A program made the position numbers and the translations under genes. Source: Candidatus Latescibacterota bacterium (GTDB lineage Bacteria; Latescibacterota; UBA2968; UBA8231). From it: a stretch of 64,000 nt of DNA. The notes beneath the pieces are model-generated. The model searched no databases. It was not told the origin of the DNA and was given only the letters and a program-made list of their open reading frames with translations. The stretch lies in NCBI GenBank assembly GCA_965203175.1, contig OZ241867.1:544001-608000 (forward strand), given 5' to 3'. Shown piece after piece: positions 37,184-46,537 of the stretch; position 1 is the first letter of the stretch, and the number at the start of each line of letters is the position of its first letter.

Positions 37184-37996
37184 CTACACAAAATTGACGA
37201 AGTCGTGGCGCACCCACAGCAGGTTGATCAGACCCAACACGAACCCCGCGATTATCAGCCACTTGAGGCGGCGGCCGTGCCGACGGCCAATGCCGCGCAG
37301 ATAGAGATAGATGCCAAAGACGAACCACGTCGGCAGGGCCAGCCAGATTTTGGTATCCCCACCCGCGAGGTATTCGCCCGGCGCGCCAAAGAGCCAAATC
37401 GCGCCCATGCCCAAACCCAAGGTAAAAAACGAAAAACCGCCACCGGCAAAGCGAAAGGTCGCCGCCGCAGCCGTGTCAAGCGCGGGCAGATAGCTGTTGA
37501 GCTGGCCCTTTTTCAGGGCTTGGTGTTGAACGAGGTAGCCGACTGCCGAGCAAAACGCCAGCGCGAAACCTACGTGTCCGAGCAGCGTTAAAACTACGTG
37601 GATGCCGAGGAAGGGATATTCCACGAGGATCGACTCGGCCTCCTCAAAGCGGAGGGGCATCAGCAGCGGATAGAGCAGGCCGAGAAAGGCGAGGGGCGCA
37701 GTCAGCAGGCCGAGGTGGCGAATGCGCGCATAGCGCTCGCCGAGCAGGCCCGCGACTACCAAGGCCATGACCAGCGAGGCGATGATTACCAACATATTGG
37801 CAAAGATGGCTTGGCCGGAAAGCGCAAAGTGCAGCACTATGCTGATCGCGTGTACGGCCAGACCCAACTTCAGGCTCTTGCGCCCCAGCGCATCCCAGCC
37901 GCCCTTGTGCCAGAGGAAGTGCCCTTGAAACAGCAGCGCGGCAGCCAAGTAGAACGCCAAGGCGACGACGAGAGAGACAATGCAGAACGTCGTCAC
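37184..37996 (-). CDS. HemX/CcsA-family membrane protein
   Basis: About 8 TMs, GIHVVL, LPALD, DTK; coupled to hemA; lacks the WWD signature. Confidence 0.78.
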   Translation of the reverse strand: MTTFCIVSLVVALAFYLAAALLFQGHFLWHKGGWDALGRKSLKLGLAVHAISIVLHFALSGQAIFANMLVIIASLVMALVVAGLLGERYARIRHLGLLTAPLAFLGLLYPLLMPLRFEEAESILVEYPFLGIHVVLTLLGHVGFALAFCSAVGYLVQHQALKKGQLNSYLPALDTAAAATFRFAGGGFSFFTLGLGMGAIWLFGAPGEYLAGGDTKIWLALPTWFVFGIYLYLRGIGRRHGRRLKWLIIAGFVLGLINLLWVRHDFVNFV

Positions 37997-39276
37997 GATC
38001 CTTTCTCCTCAGCCTCGTCGTCGAGTCGGAAGAGTCGGCGCACCGTATCGAGGTGGACGTAACCCTCGTCGTCGTTGGCGAACTCGCGGATCTGCACGAG
38101 TGGATCGTGCAGGAGCTTGTTGGCGTAACCGCGCAAGATGCCCTCGACGAGCTGGCGCTCGTCAATGGAGAGCGGGCCGAGTTGGGAGGCCCAGCGCGCG
38201 AGTTCCTGCTCCTGGAGGTGAGCGGCGCGCGCGCGCAAAGCGCGGATTAACGGGCCAGTGCCCAAGGCGTTGAACCAGTGCAAGAACTCCTTTAGCTCGT
38301 GGTCGATAATGGTTTGCACGCAACGTATCTCCCCTTCGCGCTCTTGGCGGTTGGCAGCAACGACTTGGTCGAGACTGTCCATGTCGAACAGGAAGACGTT
38401 GTCGATGTCGCGCGCGGCTGGGTCGATGTCGCGCGGCACGGCAATGTCGATGAGGAACAGTGGACGTCCTCGGCGTTGCTCCATGGCTCGACGCAAGTCA
38501 GCGGGCCGAATGACGTAGTCCGTGGCCGCAGTCGCCGAGATGACGATGTCAACGACAGCGAGCTGAGCAGCCAGTTCCTCAAAGGGCACAGCCTCGCCGC
38601 CCAACTGGCTAGCCAGCGACTGGGAGCGAGCAAAAGTGCGGCTGCTGACCAACAGCCGCTCGACGCCAGAGTCAACCAAGTACTGGGCAGTGAGCGCACC
38701 CATCTCGCCAGCGCCGACCAAGAGCACGCAGCAGCCCGTCAGGTTTTCAAAGACCTGGCCGGCCAGCTCGACCGCGGCCGTACCAATCGACAGCCGGCCG
38801 CGGCCAATTTCCGTTTCGGCGCGCGCGCGCTTGCCCACGCGCAGCGAGCGCTGAAAGAGCTCGTTGAGCAACAAGCGCGCCGAGCCGTTTTGCTGGGCCA
38901 TTTCCAGTGCGCGGCGCACTTGCCCGAGTATCTCGGACTCGCCGACGACGAGAGAGTCAATGCCGCTAGCGACGCGAAAAAGGTGAACGGCCGCCTCTGA
39001 ATCGTTGAGCTGGTAGAAATGAGATTCGAGCTCCGCGACATCTACGCCTTGACATTCGGCGAGAAAGCGGCGCACTTGGGCCAGCCCCCTGTCGCCATCG
39101 GCAGCCAAGTACAGCTCGGACCGGTTGCAGGTGGAGAGAATGGCCGCCTCGTGCAGCCCGTAGTCGCCGACGAGCCGGGCTAGGGCCGAAGGCTGGTCGC
39201 TTTCGGGGAAGGCTAGCCGCTCGCGGATTTCTACCGGCGCGGTGTGGTGATTGATTCCTAAAGTCAGTATATGCAC
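37993..39276 (-). CDS. hemA: Glutamyl-tRNA reductase
   Basis: GINHHTAPVEIRE, LSTCNRSELY, HLFRVASGIDSLVVGE, GAGEMG, IDIAVPRDID. Confidence 0.96.
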   Translation of the reverse strand: MHILTLGINHHTAPVEIRERLAFPESDQPSALARLVGDYGLHEAAILSTCNRSELYLAADGDRGLAQVRRFLAECQGVDVAELESHFYQLNDSEAAVHLFRVASGIDSLVVGESEILGQVRRALEMAQQNGSARLLLNELFQRSLRVGKRARAETEIGRGRLSIGTAAVELAGQVFENLTGCCVLLVGAGEMGALTAQYLVDSGVERLLVSSRTFARSQSLASQLGGEAVPFEELAAQLAVVDIVISATAATDYVIRPADLRRAMEQRRGRPLFLIDIAVPRDIDPAARDIDNVFLFDMDSLDQVVAANRQEREGEIRCVQTIIDHELKEFLHWFNALGTGPLIRALRARAAHLQEQELARWASQLGPLSIDERQLVEGILRGYANKLLHDPLVQIREFANDDEGYVHLDTVRRLFRLDDEAEEKGS

Positions 39277-39338
39277 AGCTTCAAAAGTACTTATTCTACT
39301 GGGAAACCGCGAACCCGATACGGGAAAGGAAGGCGGCC

Positions 39339-40208
39339 ATGGTCAAATACCTGTTGGTCGGCTTGATACTCCTAGGTGCGGCAACCGATGTGGGCGCCGG
39401 AGCCTGGACTTTGCAGAGCGGCCAGTTCTGGGGCAAACTCACGTATTTCCAACAGCACACACAGGAGTGGTACGTCAGCAAGGGGCGTGGTGTACCCGGT
39501 ACCCGCGCTCGCTACGACTTTGATGGGCAATACGAATCGCGGGCCGTCTTTTTCGAGGGCCTGTACGGCATTACCGACCGCCTAGACCTCGGCTTGCAGG
39601 TTCCTTATTTCGACTACTCCTTTGTCGACTCTACGCCCGTCAAACCCCGCACGGATACCGGCCTGAGCGACATCCGCGCCTTGGCCAAATTTCGCCTCTT
39701 GTCCAAACCATTGGTCCTCGCGTTCAAGACCGGCGTCAAGATGCCGACCGGAGAGTTTAAAAACGAAGACGGGCTGATTCCGGTGGGCGAGGGGCAGTGG
39801 GACTTCGACTTCGTCGGGCAGGTAGGGCGTTCCTTTTGGCCGCTGCCCTTGTACGGCAACATCGACCTCGGCTATCGCGTCCGCACCCGCAACGAGCAGA
39901 TCGACCGCGACCCCGGAGACGAGTGGTTCCTCAACGCCGAGCTGGGCTACCAACTCGTGCGTCAACTCATGCTGCTAGGCAAATGCGAAGTGCTACGCAG
40001 CGATCCGGCGATTGACTTCTTCGGCGACTTTGAGATTGAGACTGGAATCAAGCGCATCACTTACCTGACGCCAGCCCTGCTCTACGCCGTCGGCCAGCGC
40101 ACGATTATCGAGGCGGCAATGCGCTTCTCGCTCAACGGGCGCAACTTTCCGGCCGGGCGGCAGTTCGTCTTGGGAGTAGCAACGACGTTGGGAAAAGACG
40201 GGGGCTAG
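39339..40208 (+). CDS. Putative outer-membrane beta-barrel 'transporter' family protein
   Basis: Signal peptide; alternating beta-strand pattern, YGITDRL, GLSDI, KMPTG, GEGQWD. Confidence 0.6.
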   Translation: MVKYLLVGLILLGAATDVGAGAWTLQSGQFWGKLTYFQQHTQEWYVSKGRGVPGTRARYDFDGQYESRAVFFEGLYGITDRLDLGLQVPYFDYSFVDSTPVKPRTDTGLSDIRALAKFRLLSKPLVLAFKTGVKMPTGEFKNEDGLIPVGEGQWDFDFVGQVGRSFWPLPLYGNIDLGYRVRTRNEQIDRDPGDEWFLNAELGYQLVRQLMLLGKCEVLRSDPAIDFFGDFEIETGIKRITYLTPALLYAVGQRTIIEAAMRFSLNGRNFPAGRQFVLGVATTLGKDGG

Positions 40209-41872
40209 CGGCGCAGCTTGGCCAAGCGCTGTTGGATGGCCTCAGCCATGTCTGGCCGCTGGCGAATGACGGCATCGAAATGGGGTTTGGCCTCGGCCGA
40301 GCGGCCTAGCATCTCCAACATCAATCCCAAGTTAAAATGGGCCTCGGCAAAATCGGGGTTGCTCTGCAAGGCTCGTTCAAAGTGGGCGACGGCCCGCTCC
40401 CATTGGCGGCCTTGAGCTAGCGCAATCCCAAAGTTCACGTGCGCCTCCGGGTAATCCGGGTTGTACTCCAGCGCCAACTCGAAATGATCCAGCGCCAACG
40501 GACGCTGGCCGGAGCGCATGTAGAACATGGCCAAGGTGTGGCGGGTGTCCCAGTCTCGGGGGTCGGCTTCGAGCAGCTTCTTGTAGCCGTCGATTTCCTG
40601 CCCTAGCCACTTGCGGTAGAAGTCGCGGCGGAGTCGCTCCAAGTCCTCGGGGCGGCGCGGCAAAATTTGCAGCGTCAGGTCGCCCATCTCGTCGGTCGAG
40701 TGCAGCCCGTAGCGCACTCGCACGGGCGGGTCGTGGGGTTGGCGGGGGTTTTGCGCGGAGTTGTCGTACGCGTACTCCATGACCAGCGTCGCGCCAGCTG
40801 GCAGGAAAACCGGCGCGGAAAATCGGTAGTCGTCCTGCCAGCTAAAGTCCCAATCCTCAATCCAGATGAGCCACTCTCGCTCTCCGTTGGGCAACTCGGC
40901 GTACGCCCGGATTTCCCGACCGAGGTAATGCGCGTGCGGGTAGATGGTCAGGACCTCGACATCCACGGGCAGCCGGTACGTATCGCGGATCCAATGGTCG
41001 CTCGCGCCGGCCGGTATATCTATGTCCTTGCGGCCCAAGCGCAGCATGGCCGGGCGTCTCTTGGGCGGTGCATCGGCAAAGAACAGGCCGACGCGGGCCT
41101 CGATGGATTCCTCTTTGCCGATCGGCAACATGTGTAACTGGAGCAGCAAGTCCGTGCCCGGATCGAGCCGCCAAGCCAAGCTGTCGCTGCCGGGATACGG
41201 GGTCTTGCCCTGGGTCCAGCCGAGAAAGTGCCCATCGGCGTCCTCGGCCTCGCCAAAACTCATGCCATCAAAGCCCGGAGCACCATCGCGTCCGTCGCGC
41301 CGCCGCGCCGCGCCGCTGCGGTCGATCATCATGGTGGCGTGGTGGACGATGCGCGCGTTGCCCGGCCTGAACTCTATAGCCTTGACGTAGCGAGTTGAAT
41401 CAACGGGCAGCGGGATGGCGAAGTTGCGGAAAACATCTGGGCCATCGGCCCGCAAGGTGTAGGCCGATGTCATGGAGGCGATTAAATCGGGCTGACCTAG
41501 TTCCCACACACTCTCCCATTGGGGCAGCGGCGGCAAATCGGCAGGACTACCCTCCTGCTTGCCGTGCTCAACCCAGCGGCGGATCGCGGCGATTTGCTCC
41601 GCGCTCAATCCGCGCTCGCCGGTAAAGCTACCATAGCCGCGCTTGGGCTTCCACGGCGGCATGTAGCGGGTCTCCGTGACAAAGGCGATTTGCTCGGCGC
41701 GCGCGTTCACATCCTCATAGCTGAGCAAATCAAAGGGAGCCGGGCCGGCGGGCCGATGGCAGGGAGCGCAGTTGTGAAAGACGATCGGTGCAATGTCGCG
41801 GTTGAAGGTCGGGACTTCTCCTCCACTGCATCCAACACAGGCCGCGACTAGGAATACCCAATAGCGCGTCAT
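40205..41872 (-). CDS. Lipoprotein: cytochrome c + PHM-type copper monooxygenase + TPR
   Basis: Lipobox VGC; CAPCH and MPP; HH, QLH, HAH, DEM copper-ligand motifs; C-terminal TPRs. Confidence 0.78.
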   Translation of the reverse strand: MTRYWVFLVAACVGCSGGEVPTFNRDIAPIVFHNCAPCHRPAGPAPFDLLSYEDVNARAEQIAFVTETRYMPPWKPKRGYGSFTGERGLSAEQIAAIRRWVEHGKQEGSPADLPPLPQWESVWELGQPDLIASMTSAYTLRADGPDVFRNFAIPLPVDSTRYVKAIEFRPGNARIVHHATMMIDRSGAARRRDGRDGAPGFDGMSFGEAEDADGHFLGWTQGKTPYPGSDSLAWRLDPGTDLLLQLHMLPIGKEESIEARVGLFFADAPPKRRPAMLRLGRKDIDIPAGASDHWIRDTYRLPVDVEVLTIYPHAHYLGREIRAYAELPNGEREWLIWIEDWDFSWQDDYRFSAPVFLPAGATLVMEYAYDNSAQNPRQPHDPPVRVRYGLHSTDEMGDLTLQILPRRPEDLERLRRDFYRKWLGQEIDGYKKLLEADPRDWDTRHTLAMFYMRSGQRPLALDHFELALEYNPDYPEAHVNFGIALAQGRQWERAVAHFERALQSNPDFAEAHFNLGLMLEMLGRSAEAKPHFDAVIRQRPDMAEAIQQRLAKLRR

Positions 41873-42417
41873 TGTAGATCGGCGATAAAACAGCCAATCG
41901 CCTCGGTGGCACTCGAGTCTGGGGGACGGCCAGCGAGGGCGGCTTCTATGGCGTCTGCGAGGTCGCTACGGGTCGGCTGCGGACGCACTTGGTCTAAGGC
42001 CATGTAGCGGTCGTCGATGCGGCCCCGATAAACGACGTTGCCGCGCTCACCTAAAACCACGGCTTCTGGGGTCACACTCGCGCCGACTCTTTTGACGAGG
42101 GCGTGCTGCACGTCCCGCAGGGCTTGGCCCGGCAAGCCGTATTCCCGACCGTGGCGGCGGATGGCGTCCGCATCCTCGCGGCGGTCGGGATACACCAAGT
42201 AAAATACAACGCCTTGCGGCTGGAAGCGGGCGTGGAGACGCGCTATGGTCGGAGCGTAGCGGTTGGAAATGGGGCAATCGGTCTGGACGAAGAGCAAAAC
42301 CACAACGGGAGCGCGGTTGACAAAGGGATCGACCGGATTGCCAGCCAAGTCGAGGGCTTTGGGGGGATCGGGACGGCAGCCCACCAACAGCAGGGATGCG
42401 AAAATGGCTAAGAGCAT
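41869..42417 (-). CDS. Redoxin (AhpC/TSA-like) lipoprotein
   Basis: Lipobox VGC, TDCPIS, TPEAVV, YRGRIDD, C-terminal IGCFI; ATGA overlap with the monooxygenase gene. Confidence 0.82.
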   Translation of the reverse strand: MLLAIFASLLLVGCRPDPPKALDLAGNPVDPFVNRAPVVVLLFVQTDCPISNRYAPTIARLHARFQPQGVVFYLVYPDRREDADAIRRHGREYGLPGQALRDVQHALVKRVGASVTPEAVVLGERGNVVYRGRIDDRYMALDQVRPQPTRSDLADAIEAALAGRPPDSSATEAIGCFIADLQ

Positions 42418-42482
42418 AAAAAAAGAAAACGGATATTGGGCACCGACGGCAAGACTGTCGGTTTGCGCATTTTTATTAGGCG

Positions 42483-42513
42483 GGGAATGACTTTGGCCCC
42501 TACATTGTCTAAT
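42483..42513 (+). promoter_or_regulatory. Putative ECF sigma autoregulatory promoter
   Basis: GGGAATGA-N16-GTCTAAT, 3 nt before the sigma ATG; same motif at 43887-43917. Confidence 0.7.
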
Positions 42514-42516
42514 AAT

Positions 42517-43083
42517 ATGTCGGAGCAAGTGGGCACAGACCGCGCCCTAATCGACCAAGCGCGCGCGGGCGACGAAGCAGCCTTGCGCGCCCTAATCGAG
42601 CGCTATGAGCCGCAAGTGGCCGCCACAATCATGGGCATGTTGGGGCCGGGCGACGAGGCCGATGACGTAGGGCAGGAGACCTTTGTCCGCTTCTACCAAT
42701 CGCTGGACAAGTTTCGCGGCGACGCGGCGCTGGGCACCTATTTGACCCGCATTGCCATCAACCTCTCGCTCAACGCGCTAGAGCGCCGCAAGCGGCAGCG
42801 CTGGCGCTTCTGGAGCCGCGACGACGAACAGGCTCCGCCCGAGCCGAGCGTCGATGGCCGCGACGAACAGGCCGCGAGCGAGCGCGAGCAAGCAGTGCAG
42901 GCAGCCCTCGACCAACTCAAACCAGCCTTCCGAGCGGTAGTGGTGCTGCGAATGATCGAAGGCTATTCGACGAAGGAAACGGCCGCGCTACTGGAGATCG
43001 CCGAGGGCACGGTGCTCTCGCGGCTCGCGCGCGGCATGAAACAACTAGAGACCATCCTCAGAGACGAGGACCTATATGACTGA
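42517..43083 (+). CDS. ECF sigma-70 factor
   Basis: GDEAALRALIERY, ADDVGQETF, YLTRIAIN, EGYSTKETA, GTVLSRLARG. Confidence 0.93.
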   Translation: MSEQVGTDRALIDQARAGDEAALRALIERYEPQVAATIMGMLGPGDEADDVGQETFVRFYQSLDKFRGDAALGTYLTRIAINLSLNALERRKRQRWRFWSRDDEQAPPEPSVDGRDEQAASEREQAVQAALDQLKPAFRAVVVLRMIEGYSTKETAALLEIAEGTVLSRLARGMKQLETILRDEDLYD

Positions 43084-43486
43084 CAGCTATCGCAACGAAA
43101 TGCTAAGGGCGCTGACCGGCGAATTGAGCGCGAGCGAGCGCGAGGCATTCGAGCGCGCCCTAGCTACCGACGACGCACTCCGCGCCGAATGGGAGAGGCT
43201 GCAAAAAGTCAGCGGCCTTTTGCAGGAAAGCCGCGCCGACTCGTTCCGGCCGTTCTTTGCCACTCGCGTCGCGCAGCGCATCAAAAGCCAGCGCGAAGAA
43301 AGCCTCACCGACGCCCTCGTGTGGCTTTTTCGCCCCTTTGCCCCGGTCGCTATAGCAGTGGTCGCCTTTTTGGCGCTGAGCAACTGGAACGAGCGCGAAC
43401 TCATCGGCGACGACGCCTCGTTCCTCGCCGCGATTTTCGCCGCCGTACCCGCCACGCCCGAAGCGGCGTACGTACTGGACATGTGA
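43076..43486 (+). CDS. Putative anti-sigma factor
   Basis: GELSASEREAFE N-terminal domain, PFFATRV, one TM; overlaps the sigma stop. Confidence 0.7.
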   Translation: MTDSYRNEMLRALTGELSASEREAFERALATDDALRAEWERLQKVSGLLQESRADSFRPFFATRVAQRIKSQREESLTDALVWLFRPFAPVAIAVVAFLALSNWNERELIGDDASFLAAIFAAVPATPEAAYVLDM

Positions 43487-43487
43487 C

Positions 43488-43898
43488 ATGCGAGGGAAAA
43501 CTAAAGGCGCGCTCATTCTCTTTAGCACCCTGCTCATCGGCGTGCTAATCGGGACTCTACTCTCCGGGTGGTTTGTCCGCGATCGCCTGCGACCCATTCC
43601 GCAGCCCCGCCATTTCGTCCGCAGTACTGAGCGGTTGATTGGGCCGCAGGACGAAGAGCAGCGCCAAGCTGTGCGGGACGTGCTGCGGCGACACGCGGCA
43701 GCGCTCCGCGAACTCAATGCCAAGCACCGGGAGGCCCTAAAGGAGCAGTTGGATGCGTCGCGGGCCGAGCTGGCTCCCCTGTTGTCTGAAGAGCAACTGC
43801 GACGGATGGACCGGCGGCTGCGGCGCTTTGGGGAGCTGATGGGACCTTGGCGCGAACGACAGCACCACAAAAAAATGAAACCGCACGGGAATGAATGA
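43488..43898 (+). CDS. Membrane-anchored helical periplasmic protein (ZraP/CpxP-like)
   Basis: N-terminal TM, helical region ending LSEEQ. Confidence 0.55.
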   Translation: MRGKTKGALILFSTLLIGVLIGTLLSGWFVRDRLRPIPQPRHFVRSTERLIGPQDEEQRQAVRDVLRRHAAALRELNAKHREALKEQLDASRAELAPLLSEEQLRRMDRRLRRFGELMGPWRERQHHKKMKPHGNE

Positions 43899-43917
43899 CA
43901 TCAATCGGTGGTCTAAT
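43887..43917 (+). promoter_or_regulatory. Second copy of the ECF promoter motif, upstream of the Spy-like gene
   Basis: GGGAATGA-N16-GTCTAAT. Confidence 0.7.
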
Positions 43918-44006
43918 GGGACGTAGAGAAGAGAAACGGCCATTTCTCACGAGCCGCCAACTAGGAGCGGCGAACCCAATTAACCACCCAATGCGGAGAA
44001 CGTAAA

Positions 44007-44615
44007 ATGAAAAAGAAATGGATCATCTCAGCCGGCGTCGCGCTGGCACTCGGCGCGTTGGCCACCGTGGCCGTAGCCGAGCGCGGGGAAAAGGTGCGGG
44101 AACACAGGCAGCCCATGCCGTGGATGCTGGGGCGTCTCGACCTGACCGACGAGCAGAAGGAGCAGTTGAAAGCGTTGCGCAAGGAGCACGTGGAGGCCAG
44201 GCGCGAGCAGCGCGAGGCCATGGCCGCCATGGGCAAGGAGCAGCGCGAAGCCGTGATGAATATTTTGACCGAGGAGCAGCAGGAGGCCCTAAAAGAAATG
44301 CGCGCCAAACGCGGCGAGTTTTTCGACCGGCGCGGCGGTAAGGGCAAGGATCGGCACGACATGCGGCGCAGCGGTAAGGGTCGGCACGACGCGCGGCGCG
44401 GCGGCCAAGGCGCATTTTCAAGACTGGACCTGACCGACGAACAGAAGGAACAGTTCGTGGAATTGCGCAAAGAGCACCGCACAGAAATACGCGAAACGCG
44501 CCAAAAGCACCGCACGGCTTTGGAAAGCGTCTTGACCGACGAGCAACGCGAAAAGCTCGAAGAGATGAAGGACGAGGCGTTTTACGGCGGCAAACGCTGG
44601 CGCGGCAGGCGATAA
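44007..44615 (+). CDS. Spy/CpxP family (LTXXQ motif) periplasmic chaperone, internally duplicated
   Basis: Signal peptide; four LTxEQ motifs; RLDLTDEQKEQ occurs twice. Confidence 0.82.
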   Translation: MKKKWIISAGVALALGALATVAVAERGEKVREHRQPMPWMLGRLDLTDEQKEQLKALRKEHVEARREQREAMAAMGKEQREAVMNILTEEQQEALKEMRAKRGEFFDRRGGKGKDRHDMRRSGKGRHDARRGGQGAFSRLDLTDEQKEQFVELRKEHRTEIRETRQKHRTALESVLTDEQREKLEEMKDEAFYGGKRWRGRR

Positions 44616-44640
44616 GCGCCGATTCCTATTTTCCTTCACG

Positions 44641-44672
44641 ACGCGGAGTAGATTAGCTACTCCGCGTTTTTT
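44641..44672 (+). terminator. Intrinsic terminator after the Spy-like gene
   Basis: ACGCGGAGTAG-loop-CTACTCCGCGT-TTTTT. Confidence 0.8.
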
Positions 44673-44743
44673 ATTTCTTTCATCCGACATCGGATGTCCC
44701 CAACCGGCCCGGATCTTCAGGCCGCCTGGAGCGCCGACATCCG

Positions 44744-45448
44744 TCACACCGAGCGCGTAATGCCCCCGTCGACCCGTAGGTTCTGTCCAGTTATGTATCC
44801 GGAGCCGGGAGAAAGAAGAAAGAAGGCGGTTTCGGCGATCTCTTCCACCGTTCCGTAACGTCCCATGGGAATGCGAACCTTGAACGATTCCTCTTCCGGG
44901 AGGCTGTCGATGAAGCCCGGTAGGATATTGTTCATCCGAATGTTGTCGCCAGCGTGGTTATCTGCATAGATCTTCGTAAAACTCGCCAGGGCCGCCCTGC
45001 AGGGCGTCGAAACGGGGAAGTGATGCTCGGGTTCGAAGATGGCAAAGGTGGAGATGTTGACGATCGATCCCCCGCCCTGCCCGACCAAGATCGGCGTGAC
45101 GATCCGGGCCATGCGAACCACGTTCAGAAAGACGATATCCAATCCCTCGTGCCAGTCCTCGTCCGGGATATCCAAGAGGCTGCCCTTGGGCGGATGGCCC
45201 GTGCTGTTGACGACGCCGTCGATGCGGCCGTACGCGTCCATAGTCAGATCGACGAGTCGCCGCAGGTCGTCCTCCTCCGTAACAGAACCGGTCACCCCGA
45301 TGCCCCCCAGTTCCTCTGCCAGTGCTTCGGCCGCTCCAGAGGGTGAAAGCAGCGAGACAGCCCAGCCCCGACCCACGAGGTTGCGCGCAATGGCCGCACC
45401 CATGCCGCGTCCCGCCCCTGTGATAACCGCTACGTTTTGTATACTCAT
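44744..45448 (-). CDS. SDR family oxidoreductase
   Basis: ITGAGRGMG, IVNIST, NNILPG, GQNLRVDGG; YxxxK replaced by SxxxR. Confidence 0.9.
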   Translation of the reverse strand: MSIQNVAVITGAGRGMGAAIARNLVGRGWAVSLLSPSGAAEALAEELGGIGVTGSVTEEDDLRRLVDLTMDAYGRIDGVVNSTGHPPKGSLLDIPDEDWHEGLDIVFLNVVRMARIVTPILVGQGGGSIVNISTFAIFEPEHHFPVSTPCRAALASFTKIYADNHAGDNIRMNNILPGFIDSLPEEESFKVRIPMGRYGTVEEIAETAFFLLSPGSGYITGQNLRVDGGITRSV

Positions 45449-45566
45449 ACTGCTCCTTTCGCTGTACCAGTCCGTCTGTCCGTGGCGGAGTTACGTCTAT
45501 GATCCGCATCCCGGTCTTCTTTTGAGCATAGATGACGCAAGTTGGAAACCGCGCCTAGCGAGGACG

Positions 45567-45588
45567 CGCATTTATATAAATAAATGCG
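45567..45588. promoter_or_regulatory. AT-rich palindrome (putative operator) between divergent genes
   Basis: CGCATTTAT-ATAA-ATAAATGCG. Confidence 0.5.
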
Positions 45589-45687
45589 TTGCGGTCATCA
45601 ATGACAGATTTGTTAGAGTACCCTTTTTTTCAGTATCTTTTATCATCCGCCACTGATGCTTAACAACCACACTTTCTTAGGCTTCTT

Positions 45688-46530
45688 ATGATAATCGACT
45701 CGCATACCCACGCTTGGGAATACTGGCCCTACGAGCCACCCGTGCCCGATCACAACAGCCGCGGCCGGGTTGAGCAACTGCTGTGGGAAATGGACCGCAA
45801 CGGCGTCGATAAGGCCGTGCTGGTCTGCGCTCGCATCGAGCACAATCCCCACAACAACGACTACGTCGCCGAACAAATCCGCACCTATCCAGATCGGTTG
45901 GTGCAATTCGCCGACGTGGATTGCTCGTGGTCGGCAGAATACCACACTCCAGGCGCGGCCGAGCGGCTCAAAGCAGCCGCAGCAAAATACCAACTCAAAG
46001 GCTACACCCACTACGTAAAAAGCGACACCGAGTGGTTCGCATCCGAAGAGGGGCTCGCGTTTTTTAGCGCCACGGCCGATCTGAACCTGATCGCCAGCCT
46101 AGCCTTGGGGCCGCAGTGGCAGCCGGCACTGCGCGAGTTGGCGCAGCGCTTTCCCTCGGTGACTTTTCTCTGTCACCACATGGCCGGAGCCAACGCGCGC
46201 GAGGAAGCGCCGCACCCCAATCTGCAGGAGATTCTGCGCTCGGCCGAGGTGCCCAACATCTACATCAAGCTCTCGGGTTTTCACTACGCTTCGCACGTCT
46301 CGTGGGACTACCCCTACTCAGATACGCACCACATCGTGCGCCAGCTCTACGAACACTTCGGTCCACAGCGGCTGTGCTGGGGTTCGGACTACCCGGTAGT
46401 GCGAACCAACATGACCTACCAGCACGCGCTCGAAGCATTTCGTACGCACTGCACGTTTGTACCAGACGAACACAAGCGCCTGATCTTGGGCCAGAACTTG
46501 GCCGACCTGATTGACCGAGCCGGCACTTGA
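45688..46530 (+). CDS. Amidohydrolase_2 family protein
   Basis: IDSHTH, CHHMA, NIYIKLSG, WGSDYP. Confidence 0.88.
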   Translation: MIIDSHTHAWEYWPYEPPVPDHNSRGRVEQLLWEMDRNGVDKAVLVCARIEHNPHNNDYVAEQIRTYPDRLVQFADVDCSWSAEYHTPGAAERLKAAAAKYQLKGYTHYVKSDTEWFASEEGLAFFSATADLNLIASLALGPQWQPALRELAQRFPSVTFLCHHMAGANAREEAPHPNLQEILRSAEVPNIYIKLSGFHYASHVSWDYPYSDTHHIVRQLYEHFGPQRLCWGSDYPVVRTNMTYQHALEAFRTHCTFVPDEHKRLILGQNLADLIDRAGT

Positions 46531-46537
46531 CCCCTTC

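Noticed and set aside
37184-37996. System II cytochrome c synthase serving the heme-fused monooxygenases
   Set aside because: It lacks the WGxxWxWD motif and has no ccsB/resB partner; coupling to hemA fits HemX better.
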